Below are positions 1 through 13,041 of a DNA stretch of 64,000 bases, one piece after another. The stretch covers positions 38,068,001-38,132,000 of the forward strand of contig NW_025964334.1 in NCBI RefSeq assembly GCF_023055435.1, read 5' to 3'. The translations under genes were made by a program, and so were the position numbers. The stretch is from Haliotis rufescens (taxonomy: Eukaryota). The notes under the pieces were generated by a model, which ran no database searches, was not told where the DNA came from, and worked only from the letters and a program-made list of their open reading frames with translations. How positions within the stretch are numbered: position 1 is the first letter of the stretch; each line of letters starts with the position of its first letter.

Positions 1-788
1 CTATCGCTGGAACATTAATGTTACTAAAAGCTGCATAAAACAATACTCAGGATGACAACTTTTATAGACAAAGCAAACAAAACATAAATGTCTTTCCGAC
101 TGACAACATGTATCAAACTAAATGCATAGCGGATTCCAAGGCAATGCCCTGTTAGTCGGTTCCCGACCATTCCGCTTCCATTTTCCACATACCATGACCG
201 TTATCTTGTAACCATTCTGGTTCTTCTCAAGGGCAGCCGCCAAAGTCAGTAGACAGTTACGCAGTTCTATCATATCTACTTTGGATTAGGTATCTACGCT
301 GAGATGATAACATTAATAACTTTGGTATTTTGGACGAGACAGAGGAGTGTGTGTTATATGTACGTGTGTCTCCACGTGTGTGTACAGAGGGCCTGGGTGG
401 GGGGGGGGGGGGGGGGAAAGCTTCGTCTTAGTTTAAAAAAATGTGTCAGTAAGTAGTAGTAGTAGTGGTAGTAGTAGTAGTAGTAGTAGTAGTAGTGAGT
501 GTCAGAGTAGTAAACGCCTAAGACCTGCATCACTTTGGGCCTTCCTCTCTCAGAGGAATCTGGTGAGTTTGTAAGCATATCGCTCGTGAAATACAGTTTG
601 ACGTGGCCTTGTACTCGACCACTCATTGTAAATATAAAACCGTAGTCCTTGCCTGCAACGAATTTATCAGGAAACGAATGATCTTTTACCACAATTTGAA
701 AACAACCGCAGACTGAGATGCAAAGCGTTTGTCACCATATTACCAGGTGAGCTCCAGTTTGTTTATGCTTAGGCTCTGTGCATCACGT

Positions 789-1016
789 CATGCTTGCCGT
801 AAAAGGTGACTATGCTTGTCGTAAAAGGCGACTAACGGGATCGGGTGGTCAGGCTCGCTGACTTGGTTGATGCATGTCATCGTATCCCAATTGCGTGGAT
901 CGATAATCATGATATTAATCACTGGATTGTCTGGTCCAGACTCGATTATTTACAGACCGCCGTCATATAGCTGGAATATTGCTGAGTGCGGCGTTAAACA
1001 ACAAACCAACCAACAA
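789..1016 (+). mobile_element. SINE family A (Meta/MESC-like, no tRNA head), 5'-truncated copy
   Basis: 14-bp TSD tctgtgcatcacgt (775-788 and 1017-1030); core gcttgtcgtaa(a/g)aggcgactaa; tail gctggaatattgctgagtgcggcgttaaac plus CAAA/CAAC repeats. Confidence 0.9.
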
Positions 1017-1184
1017 TCTGTGCATCACGTACATCTAATGTCATTGTTAATATACATTACTCGACACCGTTTCGCTGTAAGGAGCTTGAATTGCAGAGAT
1101 TACCGACATCGCGAAAATGTCTGTTGTCATGACGCCGTGTTATGTTTTCTTTTTCCAGTTGTAAATAAAAAAGACTAAAAAAAA

Positions 1185-1555
1185 CCATTTTCCATAATCA
1201 TAGATAATCTCTGCTAAAAGCCGAGTCCATTGTACGATTCGGACAATATCACGTGCTTATGAATCACTGTCAAATAGTGTTCGCGAAAGAGTGGCACCCG
1301 TCACAAACACATGCAGAGGCAAGGCAATTGTTCACCTGAAAGAACACGGGAACATATGGTACAAGTTTATATAGGGAATTGCGTCGGACATCATTTTTGT
1401 CACTGATGGGTCAAATTTTGATATGTTCTTCAAAGGTCTGCAATAAAACCTTTTGGAAGCTTTGCCGAGGCCTTGAATGCTGTAATCGTGATCTTTTAAG
1501 CAGGAGTGGTATGACGTTCTTTGAAATCTACGTCAAAAGAGCATGCTCGATTGCT
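1185..1555 (-). mobile_element. Penelope-like retroelement 3' fragment
   Basis: Homologous to 51753-52145; reads NRACSFDVDFKERHTT...KRFY; shorter UTR-only copies at ~11695-11835(+) and 31375-31500(-). Confidence 0.72.
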
Positions 1556-1984
1556 CAATTTATCATCCAATACTGGCCTCTACTGGCGGTTACTGAAGTG
1601 GCGAGGTTTACTGAAAGATCGACTAGGTGAGATGAAGAGATCGCTCCTTGGATATATCGCTGCTATGAAATTGCATCACAAAGCTTTGCATATCGGTTAC
1701 CATGGCGTCATAATGACATCCCTAGTCTCTACGCCATCGTATATAAGAAAGCTACGACTCCTGGGAATTGTTTATCGTTCAATAAAACACTGCAGGGAGA
1801 ATACACCATGAGAGGCGCAGTCCCGAGTTGTTATTGTAAGATTTATTTCTTACATGAGATATTAACATTATGAGCAGCCCCTTTCAGGCTGTTAATAAAA
1901 TATACGGATATTCTCACAATTTTCACGCCAATTACCTTTTCTCCCAATACCGACTGTAGTGTATCTCTTCCACTTTGGATGCGA

Positions 1985-2215
1985 TCTTGGTCTTCAGCAA
2001 CCCATGCTTGCCGTAAAAGGTGACTATGCTTGTCGTAAGAGGCGACTAACGGGATCGGGTGGTCGGACTCACTGACTTGGTTGATGCATGTCGTCATATC
2101 CCAATTGCGTGGATCTATGCTCATGAAGTCTTTCACTGGATTGTCTGGTTCAGACTCGATTATTTACAGACCGCCGTCATATAGCTGCGGCGTTAAACAA
2201 CAAGCAAACAAACAA
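1985..2215 (+). mobile_element. SINE family A copy
   Basis: Near-identical to the other A copies; short deletion in tail. Confidence 0.85.
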
Positions 2216-3196
2216 AGTTAACATATTTTGTTATCAATCATGTATCACTTTAAAAAAAAGTGTCATGGCCGCACACTGGGAATCAAATGACGTCCCCTTG
2301 ATGACATTTCCGCACCGTGGCGAATCACGTCACGTTAGCTCACTGCACCCCTTTTTGTTGACACGCAAATGTCCTTCTTATTTCGCCAATTACCGGAGTC
2401 AAACAAAAAACCCGGTCTCCCCATTCACTTCATATCATTGTGTGCCTGAACAAATACATTCAACGACAGCTCCCTATTTATTCCAGTTTGTCAAACGTAT
2501 AGCGCCCCCTTGCTAAGTGGACGACAACCTCTAAGCAACGTGGGATAATTGCGTGCCATGTCATCAATATTTGTGCACAAATATGAGTGACGTAACTAAA
2601 TTTGTTGATTTTCGTGGTGTGAAGGACACGCGTTTTCGCGTACTATTTAGGATACAACTAATTGGCTACCTCATTACGGAACTGAATAAAACCCACAAAA
2701 ATGTGACAAAAAATGCTAACTATCAGTACAAAGATCAGTTCTATGTGGCGCCAAGCGGACGCCACGTTTTATAATTATCAGTACAAGGTCACAGCTTAAT
2801 GGAGGCTAGGTCAACTGTTACTGTCGGCTATGTCTTTGATGAGCTGAATATAGAAACAGTATAACGATATATAGGTACTCAGTTAGAGTAACATTTAGTC
2901 ACTGATATATAGTTATCTGATTTAAAAATATATAATATGTTTTTATTATAACATGATATACCATGATATAACAGAAACCTTGATCTAAACGGAGCTATAC
3001 GAAAGTCCCTCACTCACTGACCCACGCACTCACTCACACTTGTGTTATGGTATATAAATTCTTGTTCAGCTTCAACTTAACATTAAATTAGAAAATATAA
3101 ATATGTGTGACAGTATAAAGTTTTATCTACATTAGTTCGGTATACGTTGTCAAATGTTGTTTCAAACAACCGGTCGTGAAAACAGATAAATATGTT

Positions 3197-3475
3197 AAAA
3201 AACTTTGTTGTTTGTTAGTTTATTTGTTGTTTAATGCTGCGCGAAGCAATGTTCCAGCCAATGACGGCGGTCTACATAATTGAGTCTGGGCCAGACAATC
3301 CAGTGATTGACATCATGAGCATCAATCCACTGATTTGGGATACGATGACATGCATCAACCAAGTCAGCGAGCCTGACCACCCGATCCCGTTAGTCGCCTT
3401 TTACGACAAGCATATTCGCCTTTTACGGCAAGCATGGGTTGCTGAAGACCTATTCTAACCCCGTTCTTCGCGGGT
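3197..3475 (-). mobile_element. SINE family A, full length
   Basis: TSD taaatatgtt; reverse complement of A consensus. Confidence 0.88.
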
Positions 3476-4029
3476 TAAATATGTTTGTAATATGTAGATC
3501 TACAACTGTTTTAAGATCTGTAAGTACAGTTGAACGCAGAGTCGCTTCTTACAATAACCCCCTCTACTGTCACAAAGAAGGGGATTGACTGACATTATCA
3601 TCGTCTGAATGCTCAAACAACCATTATCCACACAAGCACATTGTCCCTCCACTACATTGCGGTCACTCTATCTCGAGGCACTCTCTACCCACTGCCGTCC
3701 ATTGTTGTTCCCCTTTGTCCCCGGGGCCACTGTAGCTGGTGTATACTTTGTAACACGAGAAAGGGGCTGGTTGGACAGGTGGAACCCTACTTGATCCCTG
3801 CCCGTTAGGGGACCCAACCCCCACTGGACGCTGGTACACGTTGAAAGGGGTGTTAGGGTACTCTCCACAACTCGTACTGTAGGTCTTAACTTAGACTGAC
3901 ATTTAGTCCCAGAAATAAAGTTATCTCATTTTAAAATCTGTATCTAAAAAATATAACAAATAAAAATCCAAATGGAGCCCAGAACATTCCTTAATTTCAG
4001 AGCTGAGGCACGTGGTTTACGTGTTTCCC

Positions 4030-4376
4030 GCGTTCCTCCGTGGTCTAGCGGTAGAGCGTCTGCCCAGAGAGTGGAAGGTCAGTGGTTCGATCCCCAGCGG
4101 CGTCATACCAAAAGCTGTTTGAATATGGTACTTGTTGTTACGCTGCCTGGCGCTCTGGCATTTAGGGGATATAAGAAGGACTGGTCGGCTCGGAGTCAGT
4201 ATATTGTCTGAGTGGAGTATTCATGTTAAACTGCGGCATGGTATCTCAGTGGGCGAACACGGTAAAACCGGCATTAGTCCAGACGGACTAGTACAGTCAG
4301 CCACACACGCACGCACGTACGCACTTCTTTGTATAAGTGCAATAATCTTGAACTTGACGTTAAACCACCTCACCTC
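4030..4376 (+). mobile_element. SINE family C (tRNA head plus V-domain-like core)
   Basis: A/B boxes, then gtcataccaaaag...atggtac...ctgcctggcgct resembling the V-SINE core; (CACCT)n tail. Confidence 0.8.
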
Positions 4377-4542
4377 ATTTCACCGTGGCTGTCTGTAGAT
4401 ACATGTGACAGATTTCCTTCCAATACATGATGGTTCCTGCATACAGCCGTGACATCAGTATGATGTTCAGAAGCGGTTTCTTTTCTCGATACTTCGGATT
4501 ATCTATTTTTAGCCAGTGACTGTGCAGGGATTGCCATATTAA

Positions 4543-4815
4543 GTTGGTTGGTTGGTTGGTTTGTCGTTTTACGCCGCACTCAGCAATATTCCAGCTATAT
4601 GACGGCAGTCTGTAAATAATCGAGTCTGGACCAGACAATCCAGTGATTGACATCATGAGCATCGATCCACGCAATTGGGATAGAAGACATGCATCAACCA
4701 AGTCAGCGAGCCTGACCACCCGATCCCGTTAGTCGCCTTTTTCGACAAGCATAGTCGCCTTTTACGGCAAGCATGGGTTGCTGAAGACCTATTCTACCCC
4801 GGATCTTCACGGGTC
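4543..4815 (-). mobile_element. SINE family A, full length, young
   Basis: Starts gacccgtgaagatccgggg on the minus strand; tattaagt on both flanks. Confidence 0.9.
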
Positions 4816-5013
4816 TCGTATTAAGTAACACCCTCTGTCTTCATATGGTGTAGGGTCATTGTTGCCCTATTTGGGGGGTTTGTTTCCATTCGTGAAAATG
4901 ATCAATGAAAAAAATGTCAAGCTGTTCTTTAATGCCAAATTATAGGCCGTCTTTAGTTGCATGTTTATATATATTTAGGCGACTGGGATTAATCGCATCC
5001 AGACGGGATGGAG

Positions 5014-5182
5014 TGAGTGCGTGAGTGAATATGGCTTTACGCTGGTGTTAGCAATATTCCAGCAATATCACGGCGGGGGACACCAGAAATGGGCTTCACA
5101 CATTGTATTGTGGAGAAATCGAACCCGGACCTTCGGCGTGACGAGCGAACGCTTTAACCACTAGGCTACCTCACTGTCCCCC
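5014..5182 (-). mobile_element. SINE family B (tRNA-Asp-like head, ~165 bp)
   Basis: A box tagcctagtgg and B box ggttcgatt; anticodon-like cgctcGTCacgcc; TSD gacg(g/a)gatggag; (CACT)n tail. Confidence 0.88.
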
Positions 5183-5266
5183 GACGAGATGGAGAGAAGA
5201 TACAGCTGCAATTAGTACTAAATACTACTCACTAGGGTGAAGTACCCACTCATTCACTCACTGATG

Positions 5267-5993
5267 TACGGTGGCCCATAAGGGACATCGAGTCTGTTTT
5301 TCAATATTTTGATATTTCACTTACTTTTATCGTAACCTTTTGCAAATTAACACAATTTGTCATACCAATATGTGATAAATCATTTATATAAACAACCGAA
5401 AACATGGAAAATGTACTTTCAAGTAGCCATTGAATCGCTGAAATGTGAAGCGAAAATGTCAAAAAATAAAAAGGAAATGTCAAAAACAAAAACGAAAATG
5501 TCAAAAACAAAAGCGAAAATGTCAAAAACTAAAATGAAAATGTCAAAAACAAAAACGAAAATGTCAAAAACAAAAGCGAAAATGTCAAAAAATAAAATGA
5601 AAATGTCAAAAACAAAAACGAAAATGTCAAAAACAAAAGCGAAAATGTCAAAAACTAAAATGAAAATGTCAAAAACAAAAACGAAAATGTCAAAAACAAA
5701 AGCGAAAATGTCAAAAACTTAAATGAAAATACAGAAAACTATTTCCACCGCGGTGGAAATAGTTTTCTGTATTTGCATTTTAGTTTTTGACATTTTCGTT
5801 TTTGTTTTTTGACATTTGCATTTTAGTTTTTGACATTTTCGCTTCAATTTTCAGCGATTCAATATCATCTTTATACATGATTTATCACATATTTGTATGA
5901 CAAATCGTGTTAATTTGCAAAAGGTTACGATAACAGTAAGAGAAGTATCAAAATATTGAAGAACAGACTACATGTCCCTTATGGGCCACCGTA
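5267..5993. mobile_element. Foldback MITE, IS3EU-like non-autonomous DNA transposon
   Basis: Ends TACGGTGGCCC...GGGCCACCGTA, 6-bp TSD ctgatg, ~120-bp imperfect TIRs, internal 21-bp tandem repeats, central perfect palindrome at 5750/5751. Confidence 0.8.
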
Positions 5994-6581
5994 CTGATGT
6001 ACACTTTATAAAGCGTACACCGCTATCATGGTGCATTTCGCAACACAACCCTATCTTTAAACTACTGATTACTCCAAACACATAGTTCGTCTTCGTCCAT
6101 CAATCACAGCGCCCCCTATCGGTACCAGAGTTCTCAAGGTGAAGTATGTCAGTTGAAGATGATGTACATGTCGGTGTTTTATTTCACATGTAGAGGTCAC
6201 TGGGTACACACGCTGCTACTGACGAATATACACGTGTTTGCTTCTCTCACATGATTGATGTATAGCTTTTCCTTTCACAATTTTGACACTTCAGGATAAT
6301 TGTTTCTTCGTTTGGGGTGCCGCGTTTCCTTCTTGAAGTTGTTGGGGGTGCCGCGTGTCTTCCTTGAAGGTGTCGTTACATAACACATGTACGTGAGTAG
6401 GTTTTCGTTATTGCAGGCGGATGGGCGATACAGGCTGGAGTGGCATAGTTAACAGAACAGACCACGTTAGAGGCTAACGTTAAATGTTATTGTTGCTTGC
6501 AGAATGTATCTCTCTGACGTCAAGTAGCTAATGGTATATTTCAGATCTTGATGCATCATCAAGTAAGATAACCATTATCAC

Positions 6582-6614
<33 letters not shown>

Positions 6615-6624
6615 ACGTTTTATA

Positions 6625-6849
6625 TGCTTTGTTGTTAAACGCCGCGCTGTTCTATCTATATGACGGCAGTCTGTAAACAATCGAGTTTCGACCCGACAAA
6701 CCGGTGATTGATACAATGAGCAACGTCCCAAACATTGGGGGCACAACGTCCATAATCAAGCAAGTCACTGAACCTGATCCATGTGGTAGCCCTGTACAGG
6801 CAGCATAGGTTGCTGAGGACCTAGTTTGACCCGGAGTCCCCGCGGGGTC
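6625..6849 (-). mobile_element. SINE family A, old diverged subfamily
   Basis: Diverged but colinear with the A consensus. Confidence 0.7.
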
Positions 6850-7044
6850 GCATCATCCGAACTTTCACCAAACAACGATCATTGCCCTGAGTTTACACTA
6901 GTCTGAATCTTCAACATCCGCCTGAATCATCCGTTAATTCTCATTCTCTATCATACATACCAGCAACAAGATAATCAGCATATAGATCGTCGTCGTCATT
7001 GGCATCATCACCACCACCATCATCATCATCATCATCAAGATCAT

Positions 7045-7076
<32 letters not shown>

Positions 7077-7093
7077 ACAAGATCATAACCGTC

Positions 7094-7224
7094 GGTGGGG
7101 AAGCCTATAGCTAGTGGTTCAAGCGTTCGCTCGTCACGCCGAAGACCCGGTGCAATGTGTGAAGTCCCCCGCCGTGATATTGCTGGAATATTGTTAAAAG
7201 CGGTGTAAAACTATACCAAGTCAC
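7094..7224 (+). mobile_element. SINE family B inserted in an (ATC)n tract
   Basis: TSD tcataaccgtc. Confidence 0.85.
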
Positions 7225-7827
7225 TCATAACCGTCATCATCATCACCATCATCACGATCATCGCCCTTTTCTTGACCGTGAAGCCCCTCGATATCTATGT
7301 TGTATTGGATGTGAGTGATGGAGTTGGGTAGGGTTTAAACAAGCAATGCTTCCATCGCGGTAGCAGTACTATCAGGCCAGCTGCCTGCATGGCGCTTTAT
7401 TGCTGCCTTAACATTGCCCAGATGGCATGACTGACCTTTAGTATATGCTCAACATACGAGAAATATTTTCAAAACGATGACGATTTCACTCTGTCTGGCT
7501 TTAAAGACTTACGAGTTTAATGAACTGATGAAGAAAGGGACACAAAAAACTACAAGTATGTAGTACTAGATCATTTAAAAAAACCATTTAATTTTATTTT
7601 TTTAAGGATGGAGAGTAGATACATAGACCTACAAAGATACCGTCGGTCAACGTGAGCTTTTCAGACGTCACACGGTGTAATTCAATAAAAAAAAACTACA
7701 TTTATCTGCATATTTTTGCGAAATTGAAAGGCATGTCTATCGTAGATAAAACAAGATTACATACAAAATACTGTGTTAGATAAAACAACAACCTTCAATT
7801 ATTTCTGTTGGGCATTCATGAACCCTA

Positions 7828-8034
7828 GACCCGTGAAGATCAGGGTTAGAATAAGTCTTCAGGAGTTCGTGCTTGCTGTAAAAGGCGACTTTGCTTGTTG
7901 TAAGAAGCGACTAACGGGATCGAGTGGTCAGGCTCGCTGACTTGGTTGATGCATGCCATTATATCCCAATTGCGTGGATTGATGCTCATGATGTCAATCA
8001 CTGGAAGAGTGCGGCGTTAAACACAAACAAACAA
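7828..8034 (+). mobile_element. SINE family A with internal deletion
   Basis: Starts gacccgtgaagatc; degenerate TSD cat(g/a)aacc(c/t)tag. Confidence 0.85.
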
Positions 8035-8569
8035 GCCATAAACCTTAGGATTCCTTTTTTTTCCTACTGCAAATATCTTTGAGCATGTCAACATTTCCAC
8101 AATTACATGTTCTGATGTGCGTTGGGGTATGTCTCAAAACTTAAGAAATTAATTCCGACATGGCACTTCAGAGCTTTTTGCAAAGACAAGAAAAGACACA
8201 GCACAAAAGCGTGTATTTGTGTCATTAAAACAATAGCCACGTGCATCAAGTCAAATGAAGATTATCAGCCACGTGGCGAGGAGTGAGGTGAAATGTTACC
8301 TCTCACTTAAACCTCATCCGGGAAAAATGTCTTTCTGGTGCTCAATTCCCTGTTATAAATTCGACGTTTCAAAACGTATAATTGCATTTTCAGGCGGCCA
8401 CGATGTGCAGGACATTGTTAGAGTGTATCTGTGATAAAACGTAGGTTTAAAACTTCTTGAAAGCAGCCATGTGGATTCAACTCACGGAGAGGCACAGGTC
8501 CCAGAAGACGCAGGGGTATGCCAACATACACGATCTGACACACGTGCACATGTGCACACATGCGCTGTA

Positions 8570-8760
8570 TCACTATCGTGGCAAGACTTTCAATTACTTG
8601 AAACCAAAAAAGATGGTAAGGAATTACCACGAGCTAGGTAAACAAGATGACAGGAATTGGATGTGACGGTATGGTATTCATGAGCGCTGGAATTAGAATC
8701 TATTCTAGCTGGATTCGTAAAAAACTTGGAACTTGGTACTTGGTGGTATTTGACACTTTG
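8570..8760 (+). pseudogene. Possible decayed hAT-type transposase fragment
   Basis: NKMTGIGCDGMVFMSAG...KKLG resembles the hAT-like GIGCDG catalytic-Asp motif; frames are broken. Confidence 0.3.
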
Positions 8761-9308
8761 AGTGGGTCTGTGACTGTCTCAGCGCACCTGACTGAAAGTG
8801 AACTCATGCAATGGATGGCCGATAGGACCTACTCCTCTGAAGCCGCTGGGCCAATGAAGCTGAAACTTAACATGCTAGATCCCACCACTGATGAAACAAC
8901 CATCTCTTCAATCGATTTTCAATATGGCTGAGTGGCGGCCATTTGTTAGGAATTAAACTTTATTCATATTTAGTTAGTGGTACAAAACATGCGTGTTCCG
9001 TTTTTTGTGTAATATTTCTATCTTTTGTTGTCTTTTGTGTTTCGACCATTCTCGTAAATTCTCTCACAATGCACATTTGGCTCCGTAAACGCCTTCTCTG
9101 AAACTGACAAAAACGAGGCAGCTCAATGATGACATGATAATATTTTGTTCACATCATAAGGATATTTGTGTTCATCATTTTTCATCTCTGTATGTTTGCA
9201 GAAAAAACAGCAAGTGCAATCTGCTACAGACCTGTAGCACTGTTTTCATAGATATTATAGTTGAAAATTTCTTTCTTACGTAATTTAATTATTGATCGGG
9301 CAGAATGA

Positions 9309-9566
9309 TACGGAAGCTTTTTAGGGCCATTTGCTTTTTTTCTTGATATTTCAAGATACCAAGTTGAAATTTCAAGAACACTAAGATGAAATTTCATGGT
9401 ACTTACTTTGTGATTCAAGATACTAAGTTGAAATTTCAAGATACACAGTTAACATTTCAAGATCATTGTCTTGAAATTTCACCTTATTGTGTATCTTGAA
9501 ATTTTAACTGTGTATCTTGAAATTTCTAAAAAAAGTAAAAACAAACGGCCCTAAAAGGCTTCCGTA
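9309..9566. mobile_element. Second IS3EU-like foldback MITE
   Basis: Ends TACGGAAGC...GCTTCCGTA; internal ~21-bp repeats (ttgaaatttcaagatac) in inverted blocks; TSD not recognisable. Confidence 0.65.
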
Positions 9567-12500
9567 TAAATTTAATTCAAATTAAAAAGATTAAGGCATG
9601 TTTCTCGTAACTTCTCCCGATGAAACTCTTTAAGAACTCACTGTTCTGCAAGAAGCGCATATGTTTTGTATTTTCCTCTGGCGCTGAAGCAGGGAGACGA
9701 CTTCCTCAGATTAACATTTCTTGTTCGTCTGTGAAGTAACTAAATATTGTTAAGTGTGTCGCAACCGCCCGGTCTGTTAAAATGTGCTTAAAGTTAAGAG
9801 TCTACTCGAGGAGCACCTGCTTGTGTTTGTCTGCTCACAGAACGGCAACTAGCTGCTCACTGTGATAACATACTGTGATGGTTGCGTAAAAGCAAAAAGT
9901 GAGGTTAAACTGTAAATTATCAATTAAAGATTGATTAGTTTCTAATTGTCCGTGTAGGCACATTTTGTTGGATTTTAATCCTTTAAAGTTGAAACTTGAT
10001 TAAATAGAAACTAATTGCCATGCATAATTATGTTCGCGAACTGGAGTTACCGGGGTTATGTAATCTTTACTATATGCTACTCAATCTTTGATAGGGATAG
10101 TCCTTTTATTACACGATACACTAACTGATTATTTACAATATGCTTAATGTATATATTATGTTAACAGATAGAGGATACCACAGCTCAGGGTATAATACAA
10201 TAATCGAATACATGTATTATAACTCCATCGGAGTAAACTGCCTGGTACATAAATATTGGATTGACCAAAAAATACAAACGTTATCAAAACGTTATAAGGC
10301 TGAAAACAGACGCCGAAACGCCGCCAACGTAAGGTCCAAAACACAACTACGCTACCCGTATCAAAAACATCCCCATCGAATAACCATTTCTTGTTGGTTT
10401 CATTCTTTACCACCATCAAACATGGGTGTATACTTCTTTTGCCCGGTAGTGTATATCCAATACCGCGGTCGACGTATTGCAAGTTATGTGCGATATTTCC
10501 GTTTGGGAAACATTCAAAGTTTCACTGCTGTCGTTTTATGATCGAATTAATTTCACTATAAAAATATTATTTCGTAGAAAGGGCATACACGATTGTACGT
10601 ACCGACTGGGGGTGCAGGAATATTGCTCGACATGAAGGGAAAGTTGACTATTGACTATTGAAAGTTGAAGTCATCCCTCTTGTCATACAGCCTTGTCTAT
10701 ACTTTATTGTCACTCTGAATCTTTGAGTAAAAAAATAACCGTTGCCGTGTCTTTGGAACTTTGTAGAAAATTAAATTTGTTCAATGAAGACTTGGGTAAG
10801 AAATGAAATTGCAACCACATGACCCCTACTATGTTTTAAATGTCGTTAGTTTGTTAGTGAGTGACTATAGTTTTACGCCGCTTTGAGCAATATTCCAGCC
10901 AAATCACGACGGGGGACGAAGGTAATGGGCTTCACACATTGTACCCACATGGGGAATCGAAGACCAGACACACAGTAACATACTGTAATATTCCGTGCAA
11001 GTTCAACTCTTTGCATCAACCGGCAAGTCATCAGGCGACATATTACACCTAACCACGACCTCCCACTTAACCTCAAGTAGGCCTGTGTAGGGCAGTTAGT
11101 CACATGTAGGCAGCACGGTCAACTCAGCACAAAGTCACATAAAACACAGTTTCTCATCACTTAAATTTTTTTTCGAAGTAGGTCGATTTAATTTTTTAGT
11201 TTATTTCGATTTATCAACCTTCTTTCAATGCAACAATGATTTCTGATGGTCAGGGCGGGTTACGTAAAAAGGTGGAACTTTCGAATGGAAAATGCGGAAA
11301 CGGATTTTGGCATGACAAATTTCGACTTGAAGGTCGGGCCGGTTTTTAGCGTCTTTCTTTGATGCTATGAGAAACAACATGTTGTTATATGGCCTTAATT
11401 CAAACGGTTTCTTATGTTCTTTTATCCCGATGCTCATCCGTAAACGGCAGGTTTCGTCTCACTGTGTGGGTACATACCTTATAATAAGCTATGGAGCAAA
11501 GGAAACTATGCATATCAGTTGATTTTATCAGAATCTTTGATCTTCAGTTAAAAATGTCTTTCGTTAGCGACATTATATCTAAAAGATTGAACTGTACTGG
11601 CAAGAACTGAATTAAAAACCGTAGCTTCCATCCTTCAACATAAACGTACGTCAGTCGTAGTACTAAGATCGTTTTTGTGAAACGAGTCCCTGCCACCGGT
11701 GGGGCAGGATATGCTTCGCGAACACCTGGTATAATCACTAGTTGATAATGATTCATAAACACATACTCATGATACAGTCGGAGCTGTGCGGTCGACTGCT
11801 TTTGGCAGTGATTTCTTATGTATATGGAAAGGGTTTTGTAGCTTTTGTTTACAGGTGACCATTTGCAATAGTGTGTCCCTCTGTGTGCGTGGAATCGCGG
11901 GTTCGAAAAAGCGGCGCTGAACCCAACTCACTCACTCACTGTCCCTGGCATCAGTGATGAATACCGTTAACAGCCGCGATACCCGAATTTACAAGCCTGA
12001 GACGTTGCACACGATACAATTTGCGTGCCCATCTACTACTCAAAATAAGTTAAGGATCACGAGATTCTTCCCTATTCCTATGACAGATTAATTGTAGTTA
12101 TGGAAAACAATCGGGTGGTTCTTAACATTTTTAGTAGTATATCTTATAGTGTTGTTTTGTACTCGCAACTTCATATTCCTACTGTATGATCGCTTCTGTA
12201 CCTGAAACTATTCTCCGTTAATGGAATGAAAACATTTCTGTGACAACAGGCGCCACGCGTCCTGTTTTCGTTCATTCACGCACGTCACACATCGTACACA
12301 TTGTGAAAAAATTCATATAAAAGATTAGTATGAATGACTGGTGTTTGTCTGAGCTGCTGCACGCATTCAACATACCATGAATGATGATGTAATCATACCC
12401 CTACGATCCTCGACCAGGGCGACAACACATGCACGGAGACCCGTACTGTTATGTTTGTGATGTATAAATCTACACACAGGTCGACCCTGAAACCCAAGAC

Positions 12501-13041
12501 CCACATGTAGCAGACAAGTGTATTAACCCTGGGTCTGCTGCAGGCGACGTATGCCACCCAAGGGAACTTTTATTTTATCCCCTACTGGAGTAGGCAGAAA
12601 GTGTCCCACCCGACTTTGAGTAATAGTATTGAACAGCTGGTTGATGTTTTTGCAAGGACTCAATTTTGGTAAAAGTCGAGTATACGAATTCTGGGGAAAT
12701 AGTTTGATTTTTGTTCCTGTTTAACATATGACTGTTTGTTAAAAGATAAGGTCATCGTGGGTTGGCAAAATACCCTTTTTTAATTTCCGCTTAATTTGGA
12801 GCTGTTAATGACCGTGCCTTACACCCAAACCGTCGTTCCCAAATAACAGATTGTCACTTTTTCTCCTTGACTTTCGCGAACACATGGTGTCATCACTGAT
12901 TTTCAGTGATCCATTAATATAATTTCACCTCTATTTTGTCTTTTAAGGCCAATTGGAATCTGTTTCGGTGGATAACCGAGTCTAATTATTCTCGTTATGC
13001 GTTGACGTTATATATAAGACTTGCATCATTACTTATCTGCA

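Noticed and set aside
5357-5722. Lys-rich ORF (MSKTKTK)n
   Set aside because: Translation of the 21-bp repeat inside a foldback MITE
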